64,000 nucleotides of DNA, from assembly GCA_965287045.1 (NCBI GenBank), contig OZ336877.1:79856001-79920000 (forward strand), in the 5' to 3' direction. The notes beneath the pieces are model-generated. The model worked only from the letters and a program-made list of their open reading frames with translations, did no database searches and was not told the DNA's origin. A program made the position numbers and the translations under genes. Positions 12,726 through 25,535 of this stretch are shown piece after piece. The DNA is from Carcharhinus amblyrhynchos. Its lineage: Eukaryota. The number at the start of each line of letters is the position of its first letter. Position 1 is the first letter of the stretch.

Positions 12726-13104
12726 TTTAAATATGTTTCAAGATCTGATTTGCTTCATTCACTGCCACTAAGCATTTTTGTAACAGCTTCAATTTATTTT
12801 CAATCTGATTCTCACTTTACTTTCATTTTCCATATATATATATTCTTTTTCCATTGAAGTAAGTCACTTATTGCACTTTTGTCCTCACGTGAAGCCCTTT
12901 GAATTTCTCTATATTGAACTTGAACTGTTATCATTGCCCAGTTCACAGGTAGACTCAAATTATTTTGCAGTTTATCTGGTTCAGCTTGGCAGCCTACTTT
13001 AGGGTTTATATTTGAAAATTTAGCCACTGTGTTTATGACTCCAAACTCCAGATCATTTATCCGCTAAAAACATGGGAGGTCCCAAAACAGGCCCCATGAC
13101 ATTC

Positions 13105-13570
13105 CATTGATCTTCGGGTCAGCGTTCTTCGAGGCGGCCTTCGCGGCACAATACAGAATCGCCAAGCAGAAACTGATAGCCAAGCTCCGCACACGAAGAC
13201 AGCCTCAACCGGGATCTTGGGTTCATGTCACACTATCTGTCACCCCCACTACTTGCCTGAGCTTGCAAAATCTCACTAACTGTCCTGGCTGGAGACAATA
13301 CACATCTCTTTAACTTGTGCTTAACCCTCTCTCCATTCATCTGTCTGTACCTTTAAGACTTGATTACCTGTAAAGATTCGTTTTCCAACCATTATCTTGT
13401 AAATTGAGTTTGTGTCTATATAAGCCCTGTTTGTGAACACAACTCTTCACTTGCCTGAAGAACGAGTGATACTCCGAAAGCTTGTGTTACCAAGTAAACC
13501 TGTTGGACCTTAACCTGGTGTTGTGAGACTTCTTACTGTGCTTACCCCTGTCCAAGGCCAGCATCCATTG
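13105..13570 (+). mobile_element. Penelope-like element 3' end (GIY-YIG C-terminus, pLTR and tail)
   Basis: Frameshifted DLRVSVL.GGL...RIAKQKLIAKLRT..SLNRDLGFMSHY; hammerhead-like core CTGAAGA (13455-13461)...GAAA (13476-13479); tail CTTACTGTGCTTACCCCTGTCCAA. Confidence 0.85.
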
Positions 13571-13624
13571 GTGACATTCTTGAGGAAGACAACCTTTTGC
13601 CGCCAACCTCTGGGTCCTATTTGC

Positions 13625-14058
13625 TAACAAACACGAAATATACCGGAGTAGGCCAATTGGCCCCTTGAGCCTGTTCTGCAATTCAATAAATTAATGGCTG
13701 ATCTGATTACGATCTCAACTCCACATTGCTGCCTCTCCCCAGTAATCTTTCATCCCATTGCTTATCAAGGATCTATTTACTCTGCCTTAAAAATATTCAA
13801 AGACTCTGCTACCACTGCCTTCTCAGGGACAGAGTTCCAAAGACTCATAAATTTTAGAGAAAACAATTCTTCCCACCTCTGTCTTAAATGAGATGAGATA
13901 ACCATTGCAAACTATTTCCACTGATGCCCACTTCCTTTATCTTCCGCAGCAACCTTTTCACAGAAACTGTGGTAAAGGTTGTCTTGAAATCAAAGTAAAC
14001 CATACCCACTGCTGAGCTGCTATCAATCTCCTTTGTCACACCCTTAAATAACTTCTTT
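13625..14058 (-). mobile_element. CR1 LINE fragments (3' UTR plus an internal RT piece)
   Basis: GGAGTAGGCCAATTGGCCCCTTGAGCC tail; ORF 13884-14096 gives VTKEIDSSSAVGMVYFDFKTTF. Confidence 0.8.
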
Positions 14059-14059
14059 T

Positions 14060-14430
14060 GATTTGATTTAATTTGATTTATTATCGTCACATGCACTGGT
14101 ATACAGTGAAAAGCATTGTTTCTTGCGTGCTATACAGCCAAAGCATACCATACATAGAGAAGGAAAGGAGAGAGTGCAGAATGTCGTGTTATAGTCATAG
14201 CTAGGGTGTAGAAAAAGAACAACTTAATATAAGGTGAGTCTATTCAAAAGTCTGATGGCAGCAGGGAAGAAGCTGTTCTTGAGTTGATTGATACGTGTCC
14301 TCAGACTTTTGTATCTTTTTCCCAATAGAAGAAGGTGGAAGAGAATATGTTGGAGGTTCATGGGTTCCCTGATTATGCTGGTTGCTTTTCCAAGGCATTG
14401 GGACATGTAGACAGAGTCAATGGATGGGGC
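14060..14430 (-). mobile_element. Rex1/Babar-type LINE 3' end with (AATCA)n tail
   Basis: (TTTGA)n at the left end; ORF KRYKSLRTRINQLKNSFFPAAIRLLN. Confidence 0.85.
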
Positions 14431-14540
14431 AAAAACAGAAAATGCTGGAAAATCTCAGCAGGTGTGACAGCATCTGTGGGGAGATAATAGAGCCAACATT
14501 TTGAATCTAGATGACCCTTTGTCAGTGCTCTGACACTGAT
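14431..14540 (-). mobile_element. Penelope-like terminal fragment (second family), decayed hammerhead
   Basis: AAAACAGAAAATGCTGGAAAATCTCAGCAGG.. same family as 28139; minus strand CTGACAAAGGGTCATCTAGATTCAAAATGTT. Confidence 0.75.
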
Positions 14541-14595
14541 AAAACTGTCTGGAATATTAAAAAAAATCTTATTTCACTCTGTCTATTGATATCAG

Positions 14596-14860
14596 TGTTA
14601 CAGACAGGAGAGAGAGAGAGAGAGAGAAACTGAACTTTTGAACTCTCTCTTTGTCCATAAGTGGATGTGTTTTTGAAGTATTTTTAAAGTAGGCTGTGGG
14701 GTGTTTCCCCAAACCCTCAGTTCGTGTGATCCAATTTAGTAATATCTGGCAGCAAACCAGTATAATGATTAATTCAAGAGGTTAGCTTATCCACATTCAA
14801 ACCCAGAGTGAGGAGGGAGGGGGCGTGTTTGCAACATCTCACACCCATATACACAGTAAG
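14596..14860. mobile_element. Possible LTR fragment containing (GA)n
   Basis: Begins TGTTACA; (GA)n at about 14608-14627; no second terminus or TSD found. Confidence 0.3.
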
Positions 14861-15890
14861 GTGGACTGGAAAAGAGGAAGATGTACAGCTATAGAGAGGA
14901 GAGAACCTGAATAAGATACTCTGTCAGAATGGGCCAAATAGCCTCCAGGGATTCTACGATTCTATTAAATCCAATGTCGGGAGAGGAATATGTTTGAAAA
15001 TATCTCCACGAGTATTCTAACAAATTTTGGTGCATTTTCCAAAAGGAAGTATAATGTAACACAGTGGGGTCCAACACAAAGATAATTATTTGTCTTCCAT
15101 ATTGTTTACTTCTGTAGAATGTTAACTATGCCAACAGACTTCCTACACAGCAGTAATCAATACTAGAATACAACAGCTATTAATGTTCCAGTGTGTAAAT
15201 TGGTAAGCATTGGGGCCATTTTTCATGCTTTAATAAGGTGCAGAGCATAGCCAGTTAGCAGTGGATGACCCATTTTGAGTCTGTCCAGGCACTGGGCTCT
15301 GCGCCAAACTTGTGGGCCTTATTTAAGTATCCTGGTTGGCTTCCCAAAATAACCATGAGATCCATTAAACATGTAAGCTAGAAGTGAACATTTGCTAAAT
15401 TTTTCAGAGAACTTTCTGTCAACACAGATTTATCCATTATTGGAATAAATGATCACCCATTGTAAGAAACTCATAAACTGTTGGAAGAGGCACGTTCAAA
15501 GTTGTCACATCCATTATTTCTGTTCTAACAGCCTGGAACAGAAAGGTGTTACCAAGATACTTAACACAAAAACCTATTTTCTTTTTTGCAGTTTGCACTG
15601 CACATTAATAGAGCTATTAAACGAGGTGGCACATAGAAGATAATAATAATCATTTATTATCTAATGCATCCTGAAAAAAGTGGCACAATTAAATTTACTT
15701 TGATTCTGTTGCTTTCACTGTGATCATGTACTGGTTGGCCCATGGCTGGGGGTTGAGATTGCAAAGGTAAGCAGGAACATCTTTTATGACTGTGATTTTT
15801 AAAAATCATGATCCATTAACACCAATAAAAGTGCTGAAAAGCCATTTCACAGAAAATACTTGATATCTTTTGGACCCAATTTGACATAAT

Positions 15891-16754
15891 GGGGGTGATT
15901 CTCCCAGCCTGCTGAGCTGCCCGAGCAGGGCATTAGGCTGAGAGACATAATTGAAGGCCGTGTAGCAGGCTTCCCACTGGGCACCATGGCCTCTGCGCAT
16001 CTCTGGCTGCCGGATTTCTGGCATCATCAGCTCTGCGCCAGAAATCGGCATGGAGCTGATTAAAATATTTAACTCATTATTTAAATCTCATTAGTGGGTC
16101 TGGGACTGAACTCTCTGGGCCCACTAGTCTCTCCCCCACCGCCACCAGTGTTTCGCTCCAGTGGGGTTTACAACAACTCCCCACTAATGAGAAGCTGGCA
16201 GATGGACACCGCTGGAATGAAGGAGGCCATGGAGGCCCCCTCGGAGGTCGGGGCTAAGAGGGCTGCCCCCTAGACATTTCCACCTTGGCAGTACCAGCCT
16301 GGCCCCCAGCACTGCCCAGGGGCAAAGTGGCAATATCCAGGGGGCACCTTGTCAATGCCCACCGGGCATCGGACAGTACCAAGGGGGCAGGGCCAGAGGG
16401 GGAGCAGGGCTTATTGGGAGTGGGTCCTCTTGGGGCGATTGATGAGGGTGGGATATCCCACTGCCTCTCCACACTCGGGATCAGGGACAGAGGGAGGGTG
16501 GACAGCGATCTGGGCCGGCCATCAGGATTGGGGGGTGGGGTGAGGGGCAGCGGGAGTCGGGGCTGCTATGCTGCTGGCCTCTCCAGTGAGAATAAGTCAC
16601 GCCCCCAGCTTTTCATCATGATTCACACTCAGGCACTCTGTGATGCAGACTGTGGGAAATTCATTTTGAAAGTCGTGCTGAAAAAACAGAGTGATTTATT
16701 TCCGTTTTTACGTAAATTCAGCACTTAGAATGTTCTTTTGGGAGAATTCTACCT
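15891..16754 (+). mobile_element. Harbinger/PIF non-autonomous element, family A copy 1
   Basis: TIRs GGGGGTGATTCTCCC / GGGAGAATTCTACCT; 3-bp TSD AAT/AAT; homologous to 21914-22616 and 50306-51382. Confidence 0.85.
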
Positions 16755-16828
16755 AATGTCCTTACAGTTAAGGTGCAAGATAGGAAAGTACAATAAGCAT
16801 ACCTTAATTTGTTTTCATTTTCTAAATT

Positions 16829-16987
16829 CATATAGAATCATACAGTGCAGCAGAGGCCCTTCGGCCCATTGAGTCTGCGCCAACACGCAAGGAACACCTG
16901 ACCTCCCACCTAATCCCAGCACTTGTCCCATAGCCTTGAATATGATGACATGTCAAGTGCTCATCCAGGTACCTTTTAAAGGATGTT
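16829..16987 (-). mobile_element. CR1/HER1-type 3' tail
   Basis: ATAGAATCATACAGTGCAGCAGAGGCCCTTCGGCCCATTGAGTCTGC...GTGCTCATCCAGGTAC. Confidence 0.7.
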
Positions 16988-17094
16988 GCTGCTCAGAAGT
17001 GATTCTTTTGGCTGGCATTGTTCAGCAGTATTGCCATATTTTTCAACTATGGTTCAAATATAGCAAGGTTCATGGAGCAAGGCATGGACAACAT

Positions 17095-17820
17095 TTAGGT
17101 CTGAGCTGATAAGTGATGAGTCTCACAGATACCAGACAACGACCATCTCCAACAAGAAAGAATCCAGCCACTATCTTTCTTCGACATTAAAAGACGTTCA
17201 CATCAGCAAATTTCCAACCATGAAGAAGAAATTTAACTGGAACAGCCACATAAATATTGTGGCTACAACAGCAGGTCAGAAGCTTGGAATTTTGACGCAA
17301 GAGACACACGTCCTGACTCCCCAAAGCCTTTGCGTCTTAAAAACACAAATCAGGAATATGATAGAATAGTCTCCACATAGCTGAATAGGTGCAGCTCCAG
17401 GACAAAGCAACCTGCTTGCCTGAGAACCCAACTTTCACCATTTTAAACATTCACTCCCTCGACCATGATGCAACTTGATTGCAGTGCCTATCACCTACAA
17501 GATATATTGCAACAGCTCAGCAAGGCTCCCAAATCCATGGTCTTTACTGCCTAGAAGGGCAAAAATAGCAGGCGCATCAGAAGACCACCAGCTGTAAGTT
17601 TGCCTCTCATCCACGCTTCTTTCCGACTTGGAAATTTATTGCTGTTCCTTCACACTGGGCTGAAATCCTGGAACTCTTTCCCTAAAAGAGTAGGAATATT
17701 TTCATCACACGGACTACAGCAATTCATGGAGCCCGCTTTCCACCACCATCTGAAGAGCAATTAGGGATGGGAAACAAATTCCAACCTTGCCAATGATGCC
17801 TACATCCCAGGAACAAATAA
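17095..17820 (+). mobile_element. Second CR1/L2-superfamily LINE lineage, 3' part
   Basis: AACTGGAACAGCCACATAAAT..GTGGCTACAACAGCAGGTCAGA..CCTGACTCCCCAAAGCC; homologous to 52959-53550. Confidence 0.8.
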
Positions 17821-18277
17821 ATCTGACCTCCGATCTTTTTATTTGCAGGAGACCCTGCCCAGCAATTCCCATTGTTGCCTACTGCAAGGTTTCCTGTCAG
17901 ACAGACAATTGGCCAACCTCTCAATCTGGCCAAATGTTGAGTGGGAAACAAAATTTAAAATAATTATAATGCAACCTGCCATTAAATTCAGCACGGCTGC
18001 TTTATTCCTGGTATTTTGAGTTTCCTGACTTTTGATTGACATTGCTGCTTCCTCTTCAGCTCCCTGTAAATATTGGTGTCCATGTGGCTTCTACATTTCA
18101 GCTGCTTAAATTGAAGACATCTTTCATAATGGATGTACAGTCCAGAGATTATGAGCATTGCTATGAATAAAGATCTGGATACTCTCAAGAAATACAGGGA
18201 AAGGTAGACAAACTTCCTTGTGCAGTTTGTTTTCTGTTGAAAAAGCGATTACAAACGATCTGCATATAGAATAAAAA

Positions 18278-18467
18278 TGATGTGGAGATGCTGGCGTTGA
18301 ACTGGGGTAAACACAGTAAGAAGTCTCACAACACCAGGTTAAAGTTCCAACAGGTTTATTTGGTAGCAAAGGCTTATCTGACGAAGGAGCAGCGCTCCAA
18401 AAGCTAGTGACTTTTTCTACCAAATAAACCTGTTGGACTTTAACCTGGTGTTGTGAGACGTCTTACG
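18278..18467. mobile_element. PLE-derived fold-back mini-element with hammerhead core and 14-bp TSD
   Basis: Inverted arms 18316-18370 / 18413-18466; CTGACGA-A-GGAGCagcGCTCC-AAAA core; TSD ATATAGAATAAAAA at 18264-18277 and 18468-18481. Confidence 0.85.
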
Positions 18468-19875
18468 ATATAGAATAAAAACACAGGAATCACTCTTTCA
18501 TCAAATGGACGTTGACATTTTCAATAGATAGTAAATAGACTAAAAGAACTTGTGTACATTATTTCCAGCCTGAGGAAGGTACTTTCAAATCTGCGTTCAA
18601 CATGGCCTATTTCCAGTCACATTTGAATAATTGGTTGATATAAGATACATCGTCCACTAAGTTACACCTCGATACATCAGAAATTGCCATTTTAAATCTG
18701 GCAGAACTCACTGCAATCCATTGAATGGTTCTGGTACAGCTAAGCCGCTGTTTGAAAATAGGCTCTGGTTACATAAGGTAAAGTTAAGCTTATCCATTTA
18801 GAAGAACACATCTTTTGTGTTACAAAGCAACCAATTATCTTAATTGGTCAGAAATTTCCAAAATAAATTATGTTCATAATCCAATTACACCATAATCACC
18901 TTGTTCATTGGTGTTGCAATGAGAGGGCGATATCTTTCAGCTGCACATAAATATTTTAATATTGTAAAACGATATTCAAAACTGCATCAACCATGATAAC
19001 AATGGAATTCCTGAGTTCAAGTTACTTGCCACTTAATGACTCCGATGATGTTACATAGCGCAAAAACACCATCACAATGGCTTAACATTTGTGTGCCAAC
19101 AAAAAGCAACATTTCAAATATCTCTGGAGTAGTGTCTTTACCATATCCTGTCCAAAAAGATCTCAACTGTACAAAATTCAGGTTTTTGAACATAAAGTCA
19201 AAATGTTCCATTTTAGGTCTCATTAGCTTTCAGTTCCTAAAATAATCTTGCCCCAGTTCAGTAAAAAGTGAATAATGAAGTTTCTGTATCATTTATTATC
19301 AGAGTAAACTGGAGCAAAGTTTGGAATTGGTCAGGTCCTGGTTAGAAGCTTCCAACCTTTGTGCTGATATATTATAATGTCCTACATTCGATGGATTATT
19401 TCATTTTCAAAAGAAGAAATGGGGGAAAGTTCTGAGAAATTTGCCACAGCCAAAAGAAAACAACATAACTGCCTGGTTTACATGACAAGCTTACCACTCA
19501 CTGCATGATAGGAAAGGTAATACATATATTAATATTGTTATAGTACTTATACATAAATAAGAACAGATCAAAAGTGATGAAACCTCTTCTATTTCTTTTG
19601 CGACAGAAATCTTTTGGAAAATGAGTGTGAATCTCAATGCAGTTTCCGTGATGTCAAGTTCACAGCTGTGGGGAATAAATTCAGTGCTGTTGTCATTAAA
19701 TCTCAAAAGGAGGCCAAATGATAACTATGTTGACAACTAGAAAGTGCTACATTTTGGCGAGGGAGTTAGAGAAATTAAAGTTAAGCTTAATTTTAATGAC
19801 AAAATAGAGTTGTTGTCAGATCCCTTAAATACTGAAATGTTTTAGTCATGGAGCCGTTGAAAATAACTAGTGCTG

Positions 19876-20626
19876 TGGGCAATAGTTAGTTGAACCCCCC
19901 AAGAGCGGGCAAGATGGAGCCAGAAGAATCAAGTAGGAGCACACACATCAAATTCCCGGTGTCAGGAACTGTCCCACATTAAGTTGTGGGAGGGAAAGGC
20001 CTGAGATGGGAATTGAGCCCGATGTGGGCATCCTGCCTGCAAGCAGGTTGCCAGTTAGGCCCGTAATATGTCATTTGACAGCAATTATCCAAGCCCACCA
20101 GAATTCAGCAGTAGTTTAGAGATTTAACATGGACCTTCCGTGTCTCCCAAAGACCTGTCAGCTTTGCCAAGGGCCTCAAAGGGGAATCCTAACATTGACA
20201 GGCACTCCCTTCCTGACTGAGGGACCTGGTCTCAGGAAAGCAGTGGGCTGCTGAAAGCCACATCCATCCTTACCTCAGACACCCCTGCTCCCCACCTCCA
20301 ACGATTCCTCTATCATGAACCCCATCTTTCCCCAGACACCTGTGGCCAGGGATCCAGCAGTGATCTTCAGGCTGAGCATTAGAGAACCCATTGCTTCCCA
20401 TGGTACTGCCAGCAATGGAGAGCTGTCAGTCTCTCTTTGGCCAGGGTAGCTCTCTGGGGCAGGATCTTCACCCCACTGGGGCCTTGCTTGCATGGAAGGT
20501 CCAATGCTGGCCAGCTAAGTTCCTGAAAGCATTGTACCTCCCCAACAGAAGCGATGCAGGACTCCCACTAGTTCTTGAGTTGGGTATGTGAGGGCACCTC
20601 CGCTGCTGGAATTAAATCCCAATGCC
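19876..20626. mobile_element. Old Harbinger-type MITE
   Basis: GC-rich block of the same style, ending in TIR-like ATTAAATCCCAATGCC. Confidence 0.4.
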
Positions 20627-21913
20627 TGCTACTAATATGATTATTAATTGAAAGTCAATCACTTACTAAAAATACAGATGTATTAATTATGTAGATCTCA
20701 GTGTTTGTTGTATAGTAATTGTGTTTAGTTGTAAATCGCTGGTTGGCATTAAGTGGGGTTACGTCTGAGTACATAGCAAAAGATATTTGCTGAAACTGCA
20801 GTGTTGCTGAGTTAGGAGGTGTATTCATGTAATGTTGCATTCTATAAATAAATGTAAGACTAAGTAAAGATTGGCTCAGTATCGTCCCTCACAAAATGAC
20901 TTTCTGGAAAATAACAATCCGTTCAAATGAAATACAGAATAATTTTTTTTAAAAGAATTTTCACGAAGTCTTCAAGCAGGCTGCCCACTGCTGTTGAGGG
21001 TTAGGGACACTTCTATCAGATTTCTGACAGATTCACATCAGCACCTGAAGCCCACACTGGGAGAGCTCACAGCCTAACCTGGGAATTCCCACAGACACAC
21101 AGGACGTACGGTATGAAAGATAGGGAGTTAGGGGAAGAGGGGGATTGGATTGGAGTTGGGGTTGACAGCTATTTGACCATCACTGCTCCAAGAGCAACCG
21201 GTTTCCTCACCGCCTTCAAATCCCTGTCTGCGATCTGTGCAGTTCCTGCCCGGATGGAAATTTGGTGGTCCAAATGTTTGCCTTAGCCATTGCAGATTTA
21301 GGACAGATAAATAAATCACTGCATTAAAATGGGTGAACATCTTTGCTGTCTGTCTGTACAAAGTGCGGGTTTTATTGTGAACACCAAGAAATATACAATG
21401 ACTAATTCTGCCGTCAGACGTTTCTCGAGATGAAATGCACAGAAAGTCAGGCATGGCAGGTCTGCATCTGTAAGGAGTTTTTAGAACGACTGATAAAAAG
21501 CGCTAATTAACATCTGCAATTTCCACAGAGCTGTGTTATGTCATGGTGCAACATCTTGTACAAATTTTCATGTCGTTTTGTAACATTCGCCTCTTATTTG
21601 TGGTATTTTGATTACATTTAAGAAGAGGGCTGTCATTTGACTGTGATGCTGCAATCATATAGAATACTTTTTCTGAATTATTAATCCTTTTCCCAAAATG
21701 CAAAAGTATAAGCAATAATAAGATTATTAATGTGTCATCGCTAATCTCTATTGCAGGTAATTCTTCACGATGGTGCAGTTTTCAGGGAATCAGGGTGTTT
21801 CAGAGACTTTTTATTCATGCTTCACAAATTCCCTTTCATGCTTTTGCATTTGAAAATACAATTCAATGAAGTGGTGTGAATTTTAAATAGATATAATCCA
21901 GTGAAAAGTTTCA

Positions 21914-22616
21914 GGGGGCGATTCTCCCAGCCCACTGTGCTGCTTTTGAGGCGCAGCAGGCCTGGAGACTCGAGCAGAGGCCATTTAGCAAGCTCCCTGC
22001 TCGGTACCATGACTTCTGGGCAATTCCGTCAGTCAGATTTCTGGTGCCAGAAATCGGCGCAGAGCTGCATAATTTACTTAAATCTCAATTTAAATGCAAT
22101 TTTAATATCATTAGCGGGTCCGGAACTGAAATCTCCTGGCCTGCTATCCTCTCCCCAGCCCCCCTCCCCACACACCAGAACTCCTTCACTCCAATGGGGT
22201 TTATAGTAGCTCCCTACTTGCGGGGAGCTGGTGGCCAAACCCCGCTGGGCATCTTTGGGGGGGGCCAGTGATTGGGCCATGGGAAAGACGCGTGACCAGT
22301 AATGCAGGGATCTTAGGGCTGGCCAGCGATCGAGCTGACCATCAATCGGAAGGTTTACAGTGTGGGCTACTGGGCATGCACCGAACTCGGCACTGACAGA
22401 TCAGTGCACGTACAGTGGCCTGCTCAGCATTATGCTGCCGGCCTTGCCAGCAGAAATAAGCTCCACCCACTGATTTTGAGTTTGATTCATGCCACTGCAC
22501 TCTGCAATGCACAGAGTGTGGGAGATTCATTTTGAAATTCCACTGAAAATAAGTGTGATTTACTTCAGTTTTTATTCAAATTTAACACTTAGAATTTTTT
22601 TGGGAGAATCGTCCCT
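21914..22616 (+). mobile_element. Harbinger/PIF non-autonomous element, family A copy 2
   Basis: TIRs GGGGGCGATTCTCCC / GGGAGAATCGTCCCT; TSD TCA/TCA. Confidence 0.88.
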
Positions 22617-22939
22617 TCAAACTTATGTTGATATCGGTTTGACTAATTCATATTATTTCACAAAATTATTATCATTTAACTTCAACAAATTAAACCAATA
22701 CTGAGTGACGTTGGCTGAGATAAAAACATAAAGGCTGAGATTTTAAGAAAAAACATTTTAAAGGGATGCAGAACATGGAAAAGCATTCACACATCACAGC
22801 TGATGGTTGCTAACTTGCAGATCAGGAAAGGCCAAAGTCTAAGGACTTAGAAAGCCAAGGCACATGATAAGTCAAAATGAAAAATGTCCTACTGGTAGCA
22901 TTAGGGCCCAAGAGAAAATTGGAGATCAATTGGAGAATT

Positions 22940-23080
22940 GATGATAGGTTGAGAAGATTCGCCATGGTAAATGCACCGGGTTATGGAAATAGGGCCTGAG
23001 AAAGATGCCCTTTCAGAGAGTTGGTGCAGACTCAATGGGCCGAATAGCCTCCTTCTGCACTATAGGGATTCTGTGGATTT
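22940..23080 (+). mobile_element. HE1 SINE 3' half
   Basis: GGTGCAGACTCAATGGGCCGAATAGCCTCCTTCTGCACTATAGGGATTCT. Confidence 0.8.
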
Positions 23081-24850
23081 GCGCTTTAGCTTCCAAATCA
23101 CCCACTCAACTGCCACAGTTATCAACTTCGGAATATTGGGCTAAGGCAAAAAGAAAACTTGCCAGGGAAATCTGAACAAAGGTTGATACGCAATTTCAGA
23201 ACTATATACTAGAGTTTGGAAAAAGGGTTTTTTATTCATTCTTCCTCACTCGCCATGCATAAAAAAGAATTACTTTGGTCTGAGATGTAGTATCTGGTAA
23301 CAATTCAAGTCTTAATAGTTTTTGCTGAAGTACATTTTCTGTAACTCATAGTTTGGCTGCCAGTAACTGAAGGTGTTAACATATCCTGGAGAGATTTGAC
23401 GATGAATTGAATTCTTCAAGTATACCCATGACAGTGATTCCATCAAACAACTTTGCTTCCCTCCTCTTGAGTATTCCATGTGACACATGGCAGACCATCT
23501 CCTTTTTCATTTAAACTCTATGCTTTAACATATAAGCCTTCAGCTATTGCCTCAGAACCAAACCAAAATTCAAAACTTAAGTACATTCTTTCTGATGATA
23601 GTACAATGAAAGATGAGGCCTTTTTATTCAGCATTTCTCTCATGTACAGAGATGGAACTGAATTGCGGGATCACATGCCATCCTTTTACATCTTCCGTCT
23701 GGGTTCTTGTGCAGATCAAACTTACAGGAAAGCAGTCTCATCTCTTTCAGTAAAGGTTCCATGTAAAATCAATGTCTCCTTGCAGTTCTTAATGGCAATA
23801 CGCCCACAGTTTAAAGGAATGCTAAATTGGCAAACTCACTCAGAGGTCAACTGGCATAGGAAATAGATGGTGCCACAATTAATGCTCATCTGAGCCCAAA
23901 AAAGAGACATTTTGGAGATGAGCACCAGAAGATTTACCAGTAATTAACTAGGATAATCTCATCTGGAAGATTTAAAGCTGGATTCTTGTGAAGGAAACAG
24001 CAGAAAGTTCCTGGCTGCATACACATGGTTCTTTTAAGGGGGTGCTCCCATCCACTTTATTTACATTTAAGGAGAAAGAGAGTCAGGCCTGCCCCCCTGG
24101 AGGTTGTTCCGAGATGGCAATGGAGGCAAGTGGATATCAAGGCGGACAAGTCTGAAGGGCTGCTTCTGATTTCTGGGACATCAGCCCTGTTTTAATCATG
24201 ACAGTCAGGCCTCAAACCCCTCCTCCCTCCCTCCATGTTCCTCCTTGCTTCCTCAAATGTTGCATGCCTGTTCCATATATCCCACATTCCAATGCCGCCT
24301 CCATGCTCCTTCATATCTCCCATACCCCTTCCATGCCACCCTACCCCCTTGCATGTATCTCCCATGCCCATTCTATCAGCATACACCATGTACAGAACAA
24401 AGGAAATGCTGGCAAGTTGGGTAAGACTTTGAAATGGTCATTAAACTGACACAATAAACTGTGGCTTTGAAAATCTGTGAAAAGCATTGTTCAGCTTATA
24501 ATGTCAAAAAGTGTCAATCAACCACAGCCATTCATAGCATCAAAGCCAAAAAATGGTTATGCACTTCGTGCCTCTTGACCATCCATAGATAAACACAAAG
24601 GTATTGAAAAAGATAAACACATTGGCATTGAAAAGCTAAAGAAAAAAATAAGTATTATAAGGTAATAAATCTCCCAATCAGAAGATGATCGCACTCCTCT
24701 CTGCAGTTGTGTCAGCATTGGTTGGTTCATCACTCTCAGAGCTTAGCCAACCAAAGTCAACCTCCCATGTCTCATAAACGTGAGCTTATCCAAAACTCTA
24801 CTACCCCTGTCCTAACTAAATTCAAGACCTGCTCATCAATTATCCCCCTG

Positions 24851-25140
24851 CCAGGGACCTCTGTTCAGTTTCGACCTTGGGTGACTGTGTGGAATTTGTA
24901 TGTTCTCCCTGGGCCTGTGGGGGTTTCCTCTGAGTGCTCTGACAGTCCATAGATGTGCAAGTTAGGTAGATTGGCCATGCTAAATTGCCCCTTAGTGTCC
25001 AAAACTGTGTGAATTAGGGGGATTAGCAGAGTAACTACGTGGGCATACGGGAAAGTGCCTGGGTGGGATGCTCTGTCAGAGAGTCAATGCAGACCTAGTG
25101 AGCCAAATGGCCTCCTTCTGCACAGAAGGGATTCTACGCT
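24851..25140 (+). mobile_element. HE1 SINE (5'-eroded)
   Basis: CCAGGGACC..CCTTGGGTGACTGTGTGG..GGCCATGCTAAATTGCCCCTTAGTGTCC..GGCCTCCTTCTGCAC. Confidence 0.85.
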
Positions 25141-25535
25141 TGTTGACCTGCACTCGCTTGCATTCCACCAATGCACTGTTTTAAAATTTGCCACTTCTTA
25201 AGGAACATAACAAATAGGACCAAGAGTGCACATACTGGCCACAAGCCTGTTCTGCAATTCGAAGATCATGGCTGACCTTAGCTTTCTTAACCTATTCTCA
25301 TGTCCCTTGATTCCCTTTGGAGTTCAGAAATCTATTTATCTCATTCTTGAAAATACTCAACAAAAGTGCTCTGGGATAGAGAATTATAATGATCAACAAA
25401 CCTCAGAATGAAGATGTTCCTCCTCATCTCAGTCCTAAATAGCTGGCCACTTATCCTGAGACTACAACCCCTGGTTCTAGGTCCTCCAGTTTAGGGAAAT
25501 AGTCTCTCAGCATTTATCCTGTCAAGCCCTCTTAA

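Noticed and set aside
23480-23866. 128-aa ORF in unique sequence
   Set aside because: Non-ATG start, no recognisable domain and no convincing splice sites; this length is attainable by chance in 64 kb.
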